Positions 25,356 to 37,670 of a stretch of 64,000 nucleotides of DNA are shown here, piece after piece. Each line of letters begins with the position of its first letter. The stretch's first letter is position 1. The position numbers and the translations under genes were made by a program. The notes under the pieces were generated by a model. The model did not search any database and had not been told where the DNA came from. It worked only from the letters and a program-made list of their open reading frames with translations. The DNA comes from Mytilus californianus (lineage: Eukaryota). The stretch is taken from NCBI RefSeq assembly GCF_021869535.1, contig NW_026262668.1, positions 132,618,001-132,682,000 of the forward strand, in the 5' to 3' direction.

Positions 25356-26261
25356 TGTTTCTTGAATCAACAAACGTGGGGAAAAAACTCAAAATAGGAA
25401 GAATTTTAAGGCTTTTGTTACTTTTTATGACAAACTACTATTTTTCATAGTTTTCCGAAAACTTTACTTTCCAGTGACAAGTACCAAGAAATAACCAGAC
25501 AAACCTTTCAGTTCTCGAACTTATGACAATGTCAAACCTTTTCTTTGATGAGTAACCAAAAAGATTAAATCTAAAAAGATAAAATTTGATAAAGTGATCT
25601 AGGGTTAAGGCAAATAACCTTAGTATAAAACCGACATTTGTTTATGTTTCATTATTATCATGATAACCAAGCGTTAGGGAACAATTCACAAATCAGTAGC
25701 GGATTAAAATGTCAATGAGCTCTTTTTAAATTGTTTAATAATTTTTATCATTTACAAGTTTTAACGACATTGAACAAAATAGCCAAAAATGCAAAATATC
25801 CGAATTGACTGTTAACCTAAAAAGTAATACGGAAATGGCAAACTGTTTGTGTTGTTGGGTTGCTGTTACAATAACGTTATTCCTCTCTTGTTATTCCTCT
25901 TCTGGTTGGATAAGTTTTCTTTTATGAAAAAACTGAGTAAGACATACTATAAACATATAAATTTCAAATAAATATTATTAAATATTATTAACTTATTCCA
26001 AATGGATATAACAAGTACTAGCTTTTCTAAAACAAAATCTTGCCGTCTCATAGCTGATTACATTGAAAATATTTTTTGGCATTGTAGTTTCTTCCATTCA
26101 GAATAGTCTTTTGGGTATAAATTGTAGGGGAGGGGGTTTACAAAAACAGGAAGATGGGAAAGGATGATTAATATATGATTTTTGTAGGTTTAAAATTTTC
26201 TGAGGTGATGTATAAACACTGGAAATAAACTCATCATAGACACCAGAATTAAAAATTGTGT

Positions 26262-26302
26262 ACGCCAGACGCACGTTTTGTCTACAAAAGACTCATCAGT
26301 GA
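26262..26302 (-). ncRNA. Degenerate minimal type I hammerhead ribozyme motif
   Basis: Minus strand TCA-CTGATGA-GTC-TTTTGTA-GAC-AAAA-CGTGCG-TC-TGGCG; the core GAAA reads AAAA. Confidence 0.5.
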
Positions 26303-27220
26303 CCCTCGAATCAAAAAAATTAAATGGCTAAAAAAAGTACGAAAGGGGACAGTTTCTAAATCCCCTACGTTTGTTTTAATTAACCTTTCCCTCATTTGAT
26401 ATAGACCTGTAGGTGTTCTGGCTTTTCAAGCAGAAATGTAATTTGTAAAAAAAATACGTTTTGTTTGTTTGTGTTAGATAAAGGGACGTTTTCGCTTACT
26501 ATAAAATATAACGGTATGGGGTTTTGTTCATTGCAGAAGACCGTGCGGTGACCTAAAGTTATTTACATCCTCGACCTTTGGTTAATTTTGGATAGTTGTC
26601 TCATTAGCAATCCTACCACACCTTCTTATTTTTATATAGTTATTTCCCACTAAATCAGTTTCAACATAAAGTCAATATCGCAAAATTGGTTAAACATAAA
26701 TTGGTTTTGAACATCATCTAAAAGAATCAAAATGATATATTTCAAACAATTTTCAACACTTTTACTAATATATCCTTATTCATATGATATAAATTGAAGT
26801 GTTTTTGAGGGATTTTTTTCGAATATTTTTTGTTTTGGGTTGTTGTTGCTTCTAATTCATTTATCAAAAAAAAAAAACGAAAAGAGAAGGAATGATAAGA
26901 GCTATTGTTGGTTTTTCTGAAATTCAATGAATTCGCCCTTTGTTGAAAATTACTTTTTAGTATTATAATTTTATTGATTATAACCAAATGATGAGGTCTA
27001 GTTACATATTTGTACTTTATAAAGGTAAGCACTTTTGATTCTTTTATTTTTATTGGACGATCTTTTATGTATCTTTTTGATAAAACGGGAATGGTTGAGA
27101 TCTCAATATAACGAGATAGAGCACGCCATAAAAATGTCAGGAGTTTGCATGTGCTATGTCTTAATTTTGATAAACGTAGCGCTGATTCACAAAAAAATAT
27201 ATATATAAAATGAATGTTAT

Positions 27221-27262
27221 GCCTCCGAAGCGCATTTCAGGATTTAACTTCATCAGGAACGC
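27221..27262 (-). ncRNA. Minimal type I hammerhead ribozyme motif
   Basis: Minus strand GCGTTC-CTGATGA-AGTTAAATCCT-GAAA-TGCGCT-TC-GGAGGC; both core boxes and the UC cleavage site are present; stems I and III each have a mismatch. Confidence 0.6.
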
Positions 27263-27402
27263 TCACAGCCAATAAAAATGAAAGCCAAGGATGGATAGGT
27301 ACCGAGACATGTTAAGAGCAATATACCAAAGGGGACCTAAAACAAAAATCAATATAAGGTCAACTTTTCCTCAGGGAGTTGGAACCTTAGTTTCTTAATT
27401 AA

Positions 27403-28080
27403 AGGGGCATTAGCTACGAGATATACAAAAAAAATATTTTTTTTTTTATTCAATCATTAATGAAAGTAAAAGAGTGAAATAATAATTCGCTTTTAGCAGC
27501 CAGTTTGGTTCAATTTTGTCAAAATAAGCTAAGAAACATAGCTGATGAATTATTCACTTGCAAGTGAATAATTCGACCTCATTGAATCCGTATTCATGTG
27601 ACCTTCAATTTAACCCCTTAGCTGGAGATGGGTTACGCATGTATTCAGCTATAAAAAGGAAAAGAATGTCAACATTGAAAGTGAAACAAGGATGAACCAT
27701 TTGGTTGACTGATTTGATCCACAAAAAAATCATTCTTAAACAAGTAAAAACGAAGATAAGCATACTTTTCAACCTACAATATGAAATCAAACAGACCTAG
27801 AAAATCCAATTACACGTGGTCGCTATCTATTTATATTCATATTCATGTTTATATCGGGTTGTATGACCGTCGGCAGTCTTCGGAGGTCATATCGATAGTT
27901 AATTAGATGGCGTCTAGACTAAAATAAACACGAAATGCTGATACATATTATCGAGTCTATGCATTGTTAATTGTTTATTTTAAACTTTTTGTAATTTGGA
28001 TATATTTTTCAGTATGTTATAAATCAAATATGAGAATTTGAGTCAAATCGTTGAACATGAATTTGACAGCTAATGCCCCT
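27403..28080. mobile_element. Kolobok-like non-autonomous element (TTAA TSD)
   Basis: TTAA|AGGGGCATTAGCT ... AGCTAATGCCCCT|TTAA; a second, 3'-only copy at 58441-58791. Confidence 0.88.
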
Positions 28081-28139
28081 TTAAAAGTCACCAGCTCATA
28101 ATTTACTCTTCGTTTTAGTTACATGAACTAAGTAGATAT

Positions 28140-29917
28140 CACAGTGTAGATACTATTCTGTACGCTATCCGGAAGTCGCGATTTTCGAAGCGAGAACTTT
28201 TTGAATCACATTTTAAATTTGATGGATATACTGAATTAAACGGTAAGTTGATCATCTGTACATTGCTTAATGATTAATTCAGCTGACATCGATATTCTCA
28301 AATGGTTTAGAATTAAATTCATCACATTTATTATTCGTATCTTTGCCTTAATCGAGAGATTTTCAAGTGCATCACTAAGGAAAATCAGTCGGTGAACCTA
28401 AAAACAATCTTTTTACCCTCTTAGTGTACAAATTAACGTAAAAACCAGCGACTCTTTTCACAAAAAATCTTAAGAGTAAAAATACTCGTAAGTCATACAC
28501 ATTTCAGTATAACTTACGATCAATTTTAATCGTAAGATTTTTTGTGAAAAGAGTCGCAGACGTAATTACCTAAATGAAGTATATTTCAAGTGGTGGTAAA
28601 AGTTTCAACCAGATCTTTGAAGCCAGAAATAAGAAAATTACACTTGTTTGAATTTCTCACTGTACGATCAGTCTCGCTTGTATATTTTGAAACTGTATGA
28701 TCAGTCTTTATTTCACTGTATTCTAGTGGTGATTTCAAAGTTATTTACGATACATTAGAAGGTGGCATTTTTCTAAATAACACAAATATATTTCAATAAA
28801 TTCACATCCTGAAAACTTATGAAACATGTTTTAGCTTGATGGGGTGTACTCGACTTACTACATTAAGTATAAGGATGTTTAAATGTTGCTAAAATAAGAG
28901 GAAGGTTTGTTGTATATATAAGTTTCAGAAATGTCCTCCGTTATACTTAAAATTGTACAAACACACAGATTTAATTGTTATATAAAAATGCATGTATTTA
29001 CACACATTCGAGGCCGTACTGTAGCCTAAATTGATCACAGTTCCTTCACTTTGTTTTGGATGTAGAGCTGTCTCTTTGACACTCAATTGTACACCACTTT
29101 GTAAAGCGGGGGTTTATAGTGATAATGAAGTCCGTCTTTCCGTTGGACCGGTACAATATGTTTCGTCGGTTTTGTAAGTGCATCTCCTCATAAACCACTT
29201 AATATACATTGTGGGTTCCAGCCATTTTTAAATGGAGAGGGGGTCCAATCCAGGAGAAAAGGGATTCCAAATATATGTTCCCATACAAATGCCGTCTACA
29301 AAAATCATCAGAAATATATTTGTATTGTCTGATGAAAGAAATTACACGTTATAGTTCCCTGGACAGTTCATAATATCACATAGACACGTATATACCTTCA
29401 AATTGCCGTTGTTTCTTTTTCAAAATCACGACTGGTCATACAGTCAAAAAATCTGAAATCGCTTCTAGAATACAGTCAGTTCTAGACTGATCGTACAGTA
29501 ATTTATTTTGGGATCCTCAAGGAAAACATATTTTTTATGGGAAATACGAATATTCTACTTAAATACGAAAAGAATATTGAAACAGTATATATTTAATTGT
29601 AAACTGATGCAAATATTTGCATTAAAAGATTATTTGCTTTGTACTACGAGAGCAAAATTGTCCATTGATTTCACTTTTCTATCAAGTTGGTGTGATGCAC
29701 ACGTATATTTTATATTCTTATGCATGTTTTTGTTACAGTTACTCATATTTATGATGCTATACATACCTTGAAGATGTTCAAAGCACTTTATAGATATAGG
29801 AGTAAACAAATGATGAGAAAAGTCACCGTAGGCAAAACCGTTCTGTTAGCCAGTTGGAAATCATCGCTTCGAAAATCGCGACTTCCAGATAGCGTACAGA
29901 ATAGTATCTACACTGTG
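28140..29917. mobile_element. Transib/RAG-type non-autonomous transposon, CACAGTG termini, 5-bp TSD GATAT
   Basis: 54-bp TIRs with 1 mismatch (28140-28193, 29864-29917); GATAT at 28135-28139 and 29918-29922; inserted in the head of a family A repeat whose uninterrupted form is seen near 46297. Confidence 0.9.
28449..28556. mobile_element. Harbinger-like MITE (108 bp), TSD CAG
   Basis: CAG|CGACTCTTTTCACAAAAAATCTTA ... TAAGATTTTTTGTGAAAAGAGTCG|CAG. Confidence 0.8.
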
Positions 29918-31710
29918 GATATAGGAAGATGTGGTATGAGTGCCAATGAGACAACTCTCCATCCAAGTTACAATTTATAAAAGTAAACCATTATAGGTCA
30001 AGGTACGGCCTTCAACACGGAGCATTGGCTCACACCGAACAGCAAGCTATAAAGGGCCCCAAAAAATTACTAGTGTCTTTTTATAATCATTAAGGTTTTC
30101 AAATCATTTCAATCATTTTATCATGGAATTTATTGTTTGCGATATTACTGAAAGAACTGTTATTTTTCAAAAATAATTTATAAACTCTTCTTTGATAATG
30201 CGATTGATTTGTTAAGCTAATTCCAAAATGTCTCTTGATATTTTTCATGTTCAGGGAAATTTGGTCACAGACTTCTTTTCATACCTTTTCCCTTTCTGTT
30301 TCACCATTTTCTAAATTTAGATGGAAATGAGTAAAAAGATTTCTATAGTATCCATTGTCAGGAAATATATTTACATGAAAACAGTATTTTAACAATGGTA
30401 TATAGTTCATAACTCGAGTCTGAGAACCATGGTTTATAGTTTGACTGATCACTATATATAATCATTTGAACAAATGTAGTGAATGCAAGAGCAGTGTCAC
30501 ATAGTATGAAGTTAAATTTTTTCCACAGCTGTTTCATAGTTAGCTTGCTCGTCATTAACAAAAATCACATAGTCTCTGTTTCAAATCAGAACTTTAATTT
30601 TTTGTAATATAGCAACGAATTGCTTTTTTTATCCCAATTAATTTTGCCTGGTAATGGATCTAACTTAACCCTTTCATTGTTACATCTATGAAAACAGGTA
30701 AGTTAAAAATAACGGATGGGAAAATGGTCTGGAATTGGAGTGTAATATTTAACCATAAAGTTTCTAAATGCATTCTATCAAACTAGAAGACACCAGTGTG
30801 AAGTCAACAAGCTGACTACAGCAATTGTATGATAAACGTGTGCGTTTACCCATAGAGTCTCCGATTGTCCTTCCGTTTAATATTTTGAGTCCTGATTCTT
30901 GACATAAGTCAATTAATAATTCTCCACTCTTGTTCGGAATTTTCTGAACAAATTTTTTTCAGTATAATTTAGACTACATGGTAGTTGGGATAAACCTTAA
31001 AATATAGAACTTCTGACATACACAGTAAAACCGCCAGGCCCTCGTATGACTTTTTTCTCGTTTTTTTTTTAAATTGGAACCATTACGTAAAAAATCATAT
31101 CCATTTTTTTATCAACAGGGGTTTACCACTCCATGTTTTAACAAAAATTACATTATGCATTTGTGTTACAACATTTACAAATTCATGTACATGTTCACTG
31201 ATTTTTTTCTCAGTTGTCAGACCCTGAATAATCCGGATGCATGCCAATGTTTATGATGTTATCAAAAGAACTTAGTCTCGGCATTTTTTGATTCAAAAAA
31301 ATATTCAAATTTTATCGACTAACAAATATAAGTTATAAGGTTATATATGCTGGGTAGTCCTATAATATCGGCGATAAAAATACGTTGACAGCAAACGATA
31401 TGGGCCTATGGACCTACGAAGGCTTAGACTGATAAGAGGACTAATATGCTGGTATGATCCGTATAAAGCTAGTCAATGAAATCATGACTTAAATCAAGGA
31501 TTTGTTTATCAAGATCTCTCTATACAAATCCTTGTTTAAATTTAACTTTAATTTATTGAAAAATAAACTATATTTTTGTTTCTTTCTTTTCTTCAAATGC
31601 TAATTAAGCATTTTCATGACAATAAAAAGAAAATTAGATCTTATAAATGTGCCAATAATATGAACAATAAAAAATATTTATGAACTAGATAAGTCACTAT
31701 TTAGATCTGA

Positions 31711-32030
31711 GACTACTATAACACATGTGTTATAGTAGTCCTCATGAATGAAGAAAGGAAGATAACTCTACTTTTCTATACACATCAATTGATTATCTAA
31801 AATTTTAAAATTTTTGAAAATATATAATCCGAGATTACTATAATAACATGTGTAAAAAATATGCCAGAGGATAGCCTGGAAGTTCAGTTGTGTAGCTTAG
31901 TTTCTGTGAGCATTGTGCATATCGATATGTCAAGCAAACGTTGAATAATTACATTGTTTCGAGTTTGACCGTATGATTTGTTGTCACTACTATTTTCTAA
32001 GTAGAAGTACAAGTTGTCTCAGTGACTAGA
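31711..32030 (+). repeat. Dispersed element starting with a perfect 30-bp palindrome and carrying one copy of the 79-bp unit amplified at 47672-50550
   Basis: GACTACTATAACACATGTGTTATAGTAGTC; sequence from about 31755 matches 47575-47700 and 50550-50630. Confidence 0.7.
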
Positions 32031-32309
32031 CAAATTACCAGCGTGGCATTATACTGGTTTATAAGCAAACGTTTTCGTCAATGAATAAATCTAATACTCC
32101 TGTCTGTTTATCGAGGTAATATGCTATGTCCGCTTAGACCGATACGATAGTCTACAGAAAAATGAGACAGTATAGAGTTTCAGAACTGTTGAGAAAGAGA
32201 TAGATTATCCACATTCAAATTGTACTGTATAGACCCCTGTCAACCAGTTCTGATTGCACAAAGAACCTAGCTACGCCACTGAATTTCAAGACTAGTATAA
32301 AAAGAGCTG

Positions 32310-33425
32310 GAAGTTTCTCATTTGATGATAACACAGTATCATATAGTGATTATGATATAGATAACGTTGTTAAAAGTTTAGAAACTGATAGTTTAATCTA
32401 ATAAACTGGTTTTCGATAAATATAATGAAGGCTAATCCTGACAAATTCAAGGCTATAGCCATTAAAAAAAAACCCAAATAAACATAATTTGACATTCAAT
32501 TTAAATGGAAACAAAATTTCTTGTGAAGAAAATGTTAAACTTCTTGGAATAACTATAGACTCGGACTTAAACTTTAACAATCATATATCTGAAATATGTA
32601 AAAAGGCATCAAAACAATTAAATGTTCTAAAATAAATGGGTAAATATTTAAACAGGCTAGGTAGGTTAACAGCATACTACTCATTCATTCTTTCGAATTT
32701 TAACTATTGTCAAGTAATTTGGCACTACTGTAGCGAAAACATTCTTTTAAAATGGAAAAAATTGAAGAAAGAGCTCTTAGATTCATCTATGAAGATTATG
32801 ATAGCTCATACGAAAAACTGCTAGAAAAGTCAAAATTACCTTCCTAGTCTTTATCTTCCTCCTCTAGCAGGAAAATAAGAAGAATAAAAAATATTGCAAC
32901 AGAAACTTTTAAAATAATTCACAAAAAAAGTCCAAGCTATCTTCATGGTTTAATAGAATATATCAAAATTCAAAAGTATAATTTAAGATCACAGGAAACA
33001 GCAGTATCCCGAGAGTCAGAACCACCAGATATGGTTTAAGACCGTTTCGCTATAATGCTGCACAAATCTGGAATGAGCTGCCGAACCATTGTCGAATGGA
33101 AACATCTTTTGACGTGTGACTTTTTGATTTGTTTGGCTTTTTTAGTTGCTATTATCTGCTGTGCTTATCATTCTAACTTGTGCTTTGTTTTAATATATAC
33201 TTTATTTTGCATACTATGCTTTCAACTTTTCAGATATGTCATCTATGGTCATCTATGGTATCTTACTATGCACTGTATGTTTAAAATTGTCTTGTTTTCA
33301 TGACTTTTGTATGTGTGTATATATTTTGTTATTCAGTCGATTTGAAAAGCTCACTAGAGCTTGTGTTTGTGTAGTTTATAGAATATCGACTTTAAGTAAA
33401 ACTTTGAACTTTGAATATTGAATAT
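32310..33425 (+). mobile_element. 5'-truncated CR1/L2-type LINE, decayed
   Basis: DDNT, MKANPDKF, VKLLGITIDSDLNFNNHISEICKKASKQLNVL, FILSNFNYC, ERALRFIYEDY, AAQIWNELP; frameshifts; TTGAAC/TTGAAT tail. Confidence 0.9.
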
Positions 33426-34388
33426 TGATCAATTGATCATGAGTTCCGTTTGACTCGTTTCTCTCCCTCATCCTGGTACTGTCCTTATCAGATTATGGCA
33501 AACACAATGTACAACTGTAAGGTTGTTTATTTTCTATCATGGTAATCGATGTGCATAATATTGTCATCATTATATCTTTGATATTACAACATGGAAGAGT
33601 TATATACGGCACACTCACGGAATAAACTGTAAGGTGTTATTGTGTTTATTTCGTAGAGTGGGGTGCCATATCGAACTCTTACCATGTTTACCTTACATAA
33701 TAATAATTGTAATGACACAGCATCAACGTGATTGTATTTTTCCGTTGCTGATTAACGAAAGAAGAAGAAGAAGTCACAATACCCAAATTGCACCCATTTA
33801 GCAAAAATAGCAATTGAAATCTTTATAAGTTTTCTTAGAGACTAAACAATTTGTATTTTTATGATTTGACATTATGCACTTCTTTCAAAATATATTTCAA
33901 TGCGCACAAAAAGTTCACAGTATATTTCAACAGATAAATTATTCACTGCAAAAAGTAAAATCTACAGAAACGTTGCCATGAGACGTCCACAAAAAGTCAA
34001 TTTTTAAAAATGAGCATTTAAAATATACAGCTCAGGCATCCATTTCTTAAAAAAAAAAATAGAAAGCATGGACTATTGTCAAATTGTTCTAAATATTTGG
34101 AGAAATTAAACAAAACATCAGTTATTCAATTTTAATGGATGTGAATTTAAGCATGGATGCAAGTTGGGTACTCATTACAGAATCATGGATCTTTTGGGGG
34201 TCTGTTCAAACCTATTTTTCTATGATTCAATATGGATTCAAAATTAAATTGGTGGAACTTTATAGTAAATAAGGATACATCTACAAAATAAACACAGAAT
34301 GGAAACTTTTGTCTGGACCCTAAATAAACGTAAGTGAAAAAATTCAAAATAGGTGCAATTTGGGTACCCTCACGTTACATCTTTTGTT

Positions 34389-34433
34389 CTCACGGAGGAA
34401 AATTCAGCGGACTCGGTTAGATAAGGTCTGAGG
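34389..34433 (+). other. Putative non-coding first exon of SLC16 copy 1
   Basis: Block conserved with 54097-54130, both ending at a GTATGT donor; 5' boundary uncertain. Confidence 0.35.
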
Positions 34434-35250
34434 GTATGTGGGTGATCGTGTGTATAGTAAGGGTACACTTGGGACTATTATACTAATAGTCTCAGGGGTA
34501 AATTTTGTTTAAAAATGCATGTAAATGATAACAGGTAATGTATCATTGTATGTGATATAGCTTAATTGTAAGTTCCTATGGTCAAGTCAAGTAAAATTTA
34601 GCCAATTTGAACACCGTAAAGTAACATACAAATAACATAAGCTCTGATGATCTTTGGAATTGACATAAACACATATATGATCATATATAATAATAGGATT
34701 GATGGATGGCTGTTAAATGTCCAGCAGCAAGTTAATGCTTATTCAGGACAAGAAATTATGTACTGCAAAATCATTATGAATCCTGCTTTGTACAACACGA
34801 CACACTGAGCTGGGTTTTTAATGTCTTACTTCACTAGCTGAAGGTAAGAGTCTGCAGGAAACATGTCACCTTACCTGGACATATAAGAGGGTGTTGATGG
34901 GGTTTACATAATAGAGAATAGTGGGCAAAAAGTGCAGAATAAAGTGCCCAGAAAATAATGAATAAAAAAAATATGCAAAATCCAGTCCTAGATAAAAATG
35001 TAGAGGCCTAATGGCCATTTGACAACGACCACCAGAGCATAAAATGTGCATAACTGTGTTTTCCATTTTGTAGTATTTTTCCAAGCAAGTACTCAAGTAT
35101 CTTTCTGTAAAACCAACATTACTCGATTAGTAATTCTTCACCAAGTTGACGTCCCTATTTTTTTTTAAATTAACTGCTTCATATGTAATTATGGTATTTT
35201 TAAAAACTTAGCTTAATCCCTGATAAATAGATAATTTTTTATCTAACCAG

Positions 35251-35333
35251 ATTTCTCCTGTATGACAAGAATAATGGTATGTAGATATACTGTGATTGAA
35301 TGGATATAAATGGTCAGAACTGGAATTTTAATG
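35251..35333 (+). other. Putative 5' leader exon of SLC16 copy 1
   Basis: T-rich tract plus CCAG acceptor and GTAAGT donor; homologous to 59778-59994. Confidence 0.45.
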
Positions 35334-35489
35334 GTAAGTATATTGAGTATGGTACAGTATTCGACCAGCGATTGATTCGACATTTGTTTTATTATAGTAT
35401 AAATGTCTTGTCAACTGTATTCGATAGTATGATTTTGTCGATTCAATCAATTGTTGTACGAAATTAACATACTTCTTTCGTGTCAGGAT

Positions 35490-36230
35490 ATATCAACTCA
35501 GTCTAACTGTACGATCATTGTAATAAATTCTGTCAACTGTATATTCATATTATGAACGGAGCACGATCGTATCGATCGTATTCAATCGATACGATTGTGC
35601 CACGGTTGATCAATATAATCAACTCAGTCAGCTCTAAACTAATATTATAAATGGAACACGAACGTATCGATCGTATTCAATCGTTACGATTATGCCACGG
35701 TTGTTCAATACAATCAACCCAGTCAACTCTAAATTAATATTATATGAACCTAGCACGATCGTATCGATTGTGCCACGGTTGATCAATGTTATCACCTTAG
35801 TCAACTCTTTATTGATATTTTTAACCTAGCACGATCGTTTCGATCGTATTCAATCATGACGATTATGTCATGGTTGATCAATATTATCAACTCAGTCAAC
35901 TCTGTATTAATATTATGAATGAAGCACGATCGTATTCAATCGTTACGATTGTGTCATGGTTGATCAATATTATCAACTCAATCAACTTGTATATTAATAT
36001 CATGAATGGATCACAATCGTATTGATCGTATTGAATTGTTAAGATTGTGCCATTGTTGATCAATATAATCAACTCAGTCAACTCTATATTAATAGTATGA
36101 ATGGAGCACGATCGTATCGATTGTATTCAATTGTTACGATTGTGCCATGTTTGATCAATATAGGAGCACGATCGTATCGATCGTACTCAATCGTTATGAT
36201 TGTGACATGGTCGATCAATATATATAATCA
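35490..36230. repeat. Tandem array, about 95 bp unit (TCAACTCAGTC..CACGATCGTATCGATCGTATTCAATCGTTACGATTGTG)
   Basis: 7-8 units, spacing 78-126 bp, mostly about 95 bp. Confidence 0.9.
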
Positions 36231-36682
36231 ACCCAGTCTACTGTATCTATATATAATTCTAAGAACACCAGTTTATGTTTACAGATTTCAATAAGATTTA
36301 AAGTCATGTAGTTGTTGAATTGTTTCTTCTTGTTGGATACATGTGGTTGTCTCATTGGCAATCATACCACATCTCCTTATTTGTATATAAGTATCAATAA
36401 TAGACAAGAAATATATCAAATATACAAAATAAGACCACAAAAACATGTATATTTACTGTTGATTGGAACCCAAAAATTAATTAATTCTAATTATTTTTTA
36501 CATTAATTGAGTCTGTAATTGGCAAGTATTCAACAATAGAATTGTGTCACGGTTGATCAATATAATCAATTCGATCAACTGTATCTTCAGATTATAAACA
36601 ATAGTATACGATTAATAAACTTAGTCAATTCTGTTTTGTGTAAGACAAGAAAAACAAGGACACAGCACTACATGGTGTATTT

Positions 36683-37420
36683 AATACAGCCTTACCCTAA
36701 CCCTAACTCTATCTAAACCTAACATAACTCTAACCCATGGACACAGCCTACAGCACTAGGTGGCAAATTGACACAGCCTACAGCGCTAGAAGGAACATTG
36801 ACACAGCCTATAGTGCTAGATGGCACATTGACACAGCCTACGGTGCTGGATGGCATATTCAATATAGCCTGACCCTAACACTAAACAAAGGACACAGTTT
36901 GGGCGCTAAGCGGCATATTGAAACAGCCTACGGCTCTAGATGGCATATGTAATACAGTCTTACTCTAACCCTAACTCTAATTATAACTCTAACCCTAACT
37001 TAAATTTAATACAAGGACACAACCTACAGCGCTTGAAAGCACATTGGCACAGCCTACGGCGCTACAAGGCACATTAGCACGCATTGACACAGCCTATGGC
37101 GCTAGAAGGCACATCGGCACGCATTGACACAGCCTACGTCGCTAAATGGCATATTTAATACAGCCTTACCCTAACCCTAACTCTAACCCTGACACAAAAA
37201 CATAGCAACGGTGCTAGGTGGCATATTGACACATGCAACGACACAAAAAGGCACATTGAGCTAGACAGCCTACGGCGCTAGATGGCACATTGATACAGCA
37301 TACGGTGCCAAATGGCATATTTAATACATCCTTACACTTACCCTAACTCAAACCCTAACCTAAATATAATACAAGGACACAGCCTACGGCACTAGGCGGC
37401 ACATTGACACAGCGTATGGC
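36683..37420. repeat. Composite repeat: CCCTAA/CTCTAA telomere-like blocks alternating with 29-30 bp units (GACACAGCCTACGGCGCTAGATGGCACATT)
   Basis: About 5 higher-order blocks read directly. Confidence 0.85.
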
Positions 37421-37534
37421 TTAGGCAAGCAGTATCTCGTAAACATTTTTGTTTTACAATGTATAAGTGTGGATAATAAAAGAATCATGCAGTGCACAAG
37501 ATGGATTTTGATGCTGCATGTCGTTTATTTGTCT

Positions 37535-37670
37535 TCTTGTCAACCGTCAACTTGTTAGCTGTCAACCTGTCAACTGTCCACCAACTTCTAACTCAGCAAC
37601 TGTCAACCTGACAACTCTCCACCATATTTAACACGACAACTGTCAACTTGTCAACTGTCATACCTCAGTC
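37535..37670. repeat. Degenerate (TGTCAAC)n simple repeat
   Basis: Direct reading. Confidence 0.7.

Noticed and set aside
28140-28193. Full 12/23 recombination signal sequence
   Set aside because: Heptamer only; no ACAAAAACC-like nonamer at either spacing and both TIRs are symmetric.
36683-37420. True telomere or fusion site
   Set aside because: Hexamers are degenerate, single orientation and interleaved with other units inside a TIR element.
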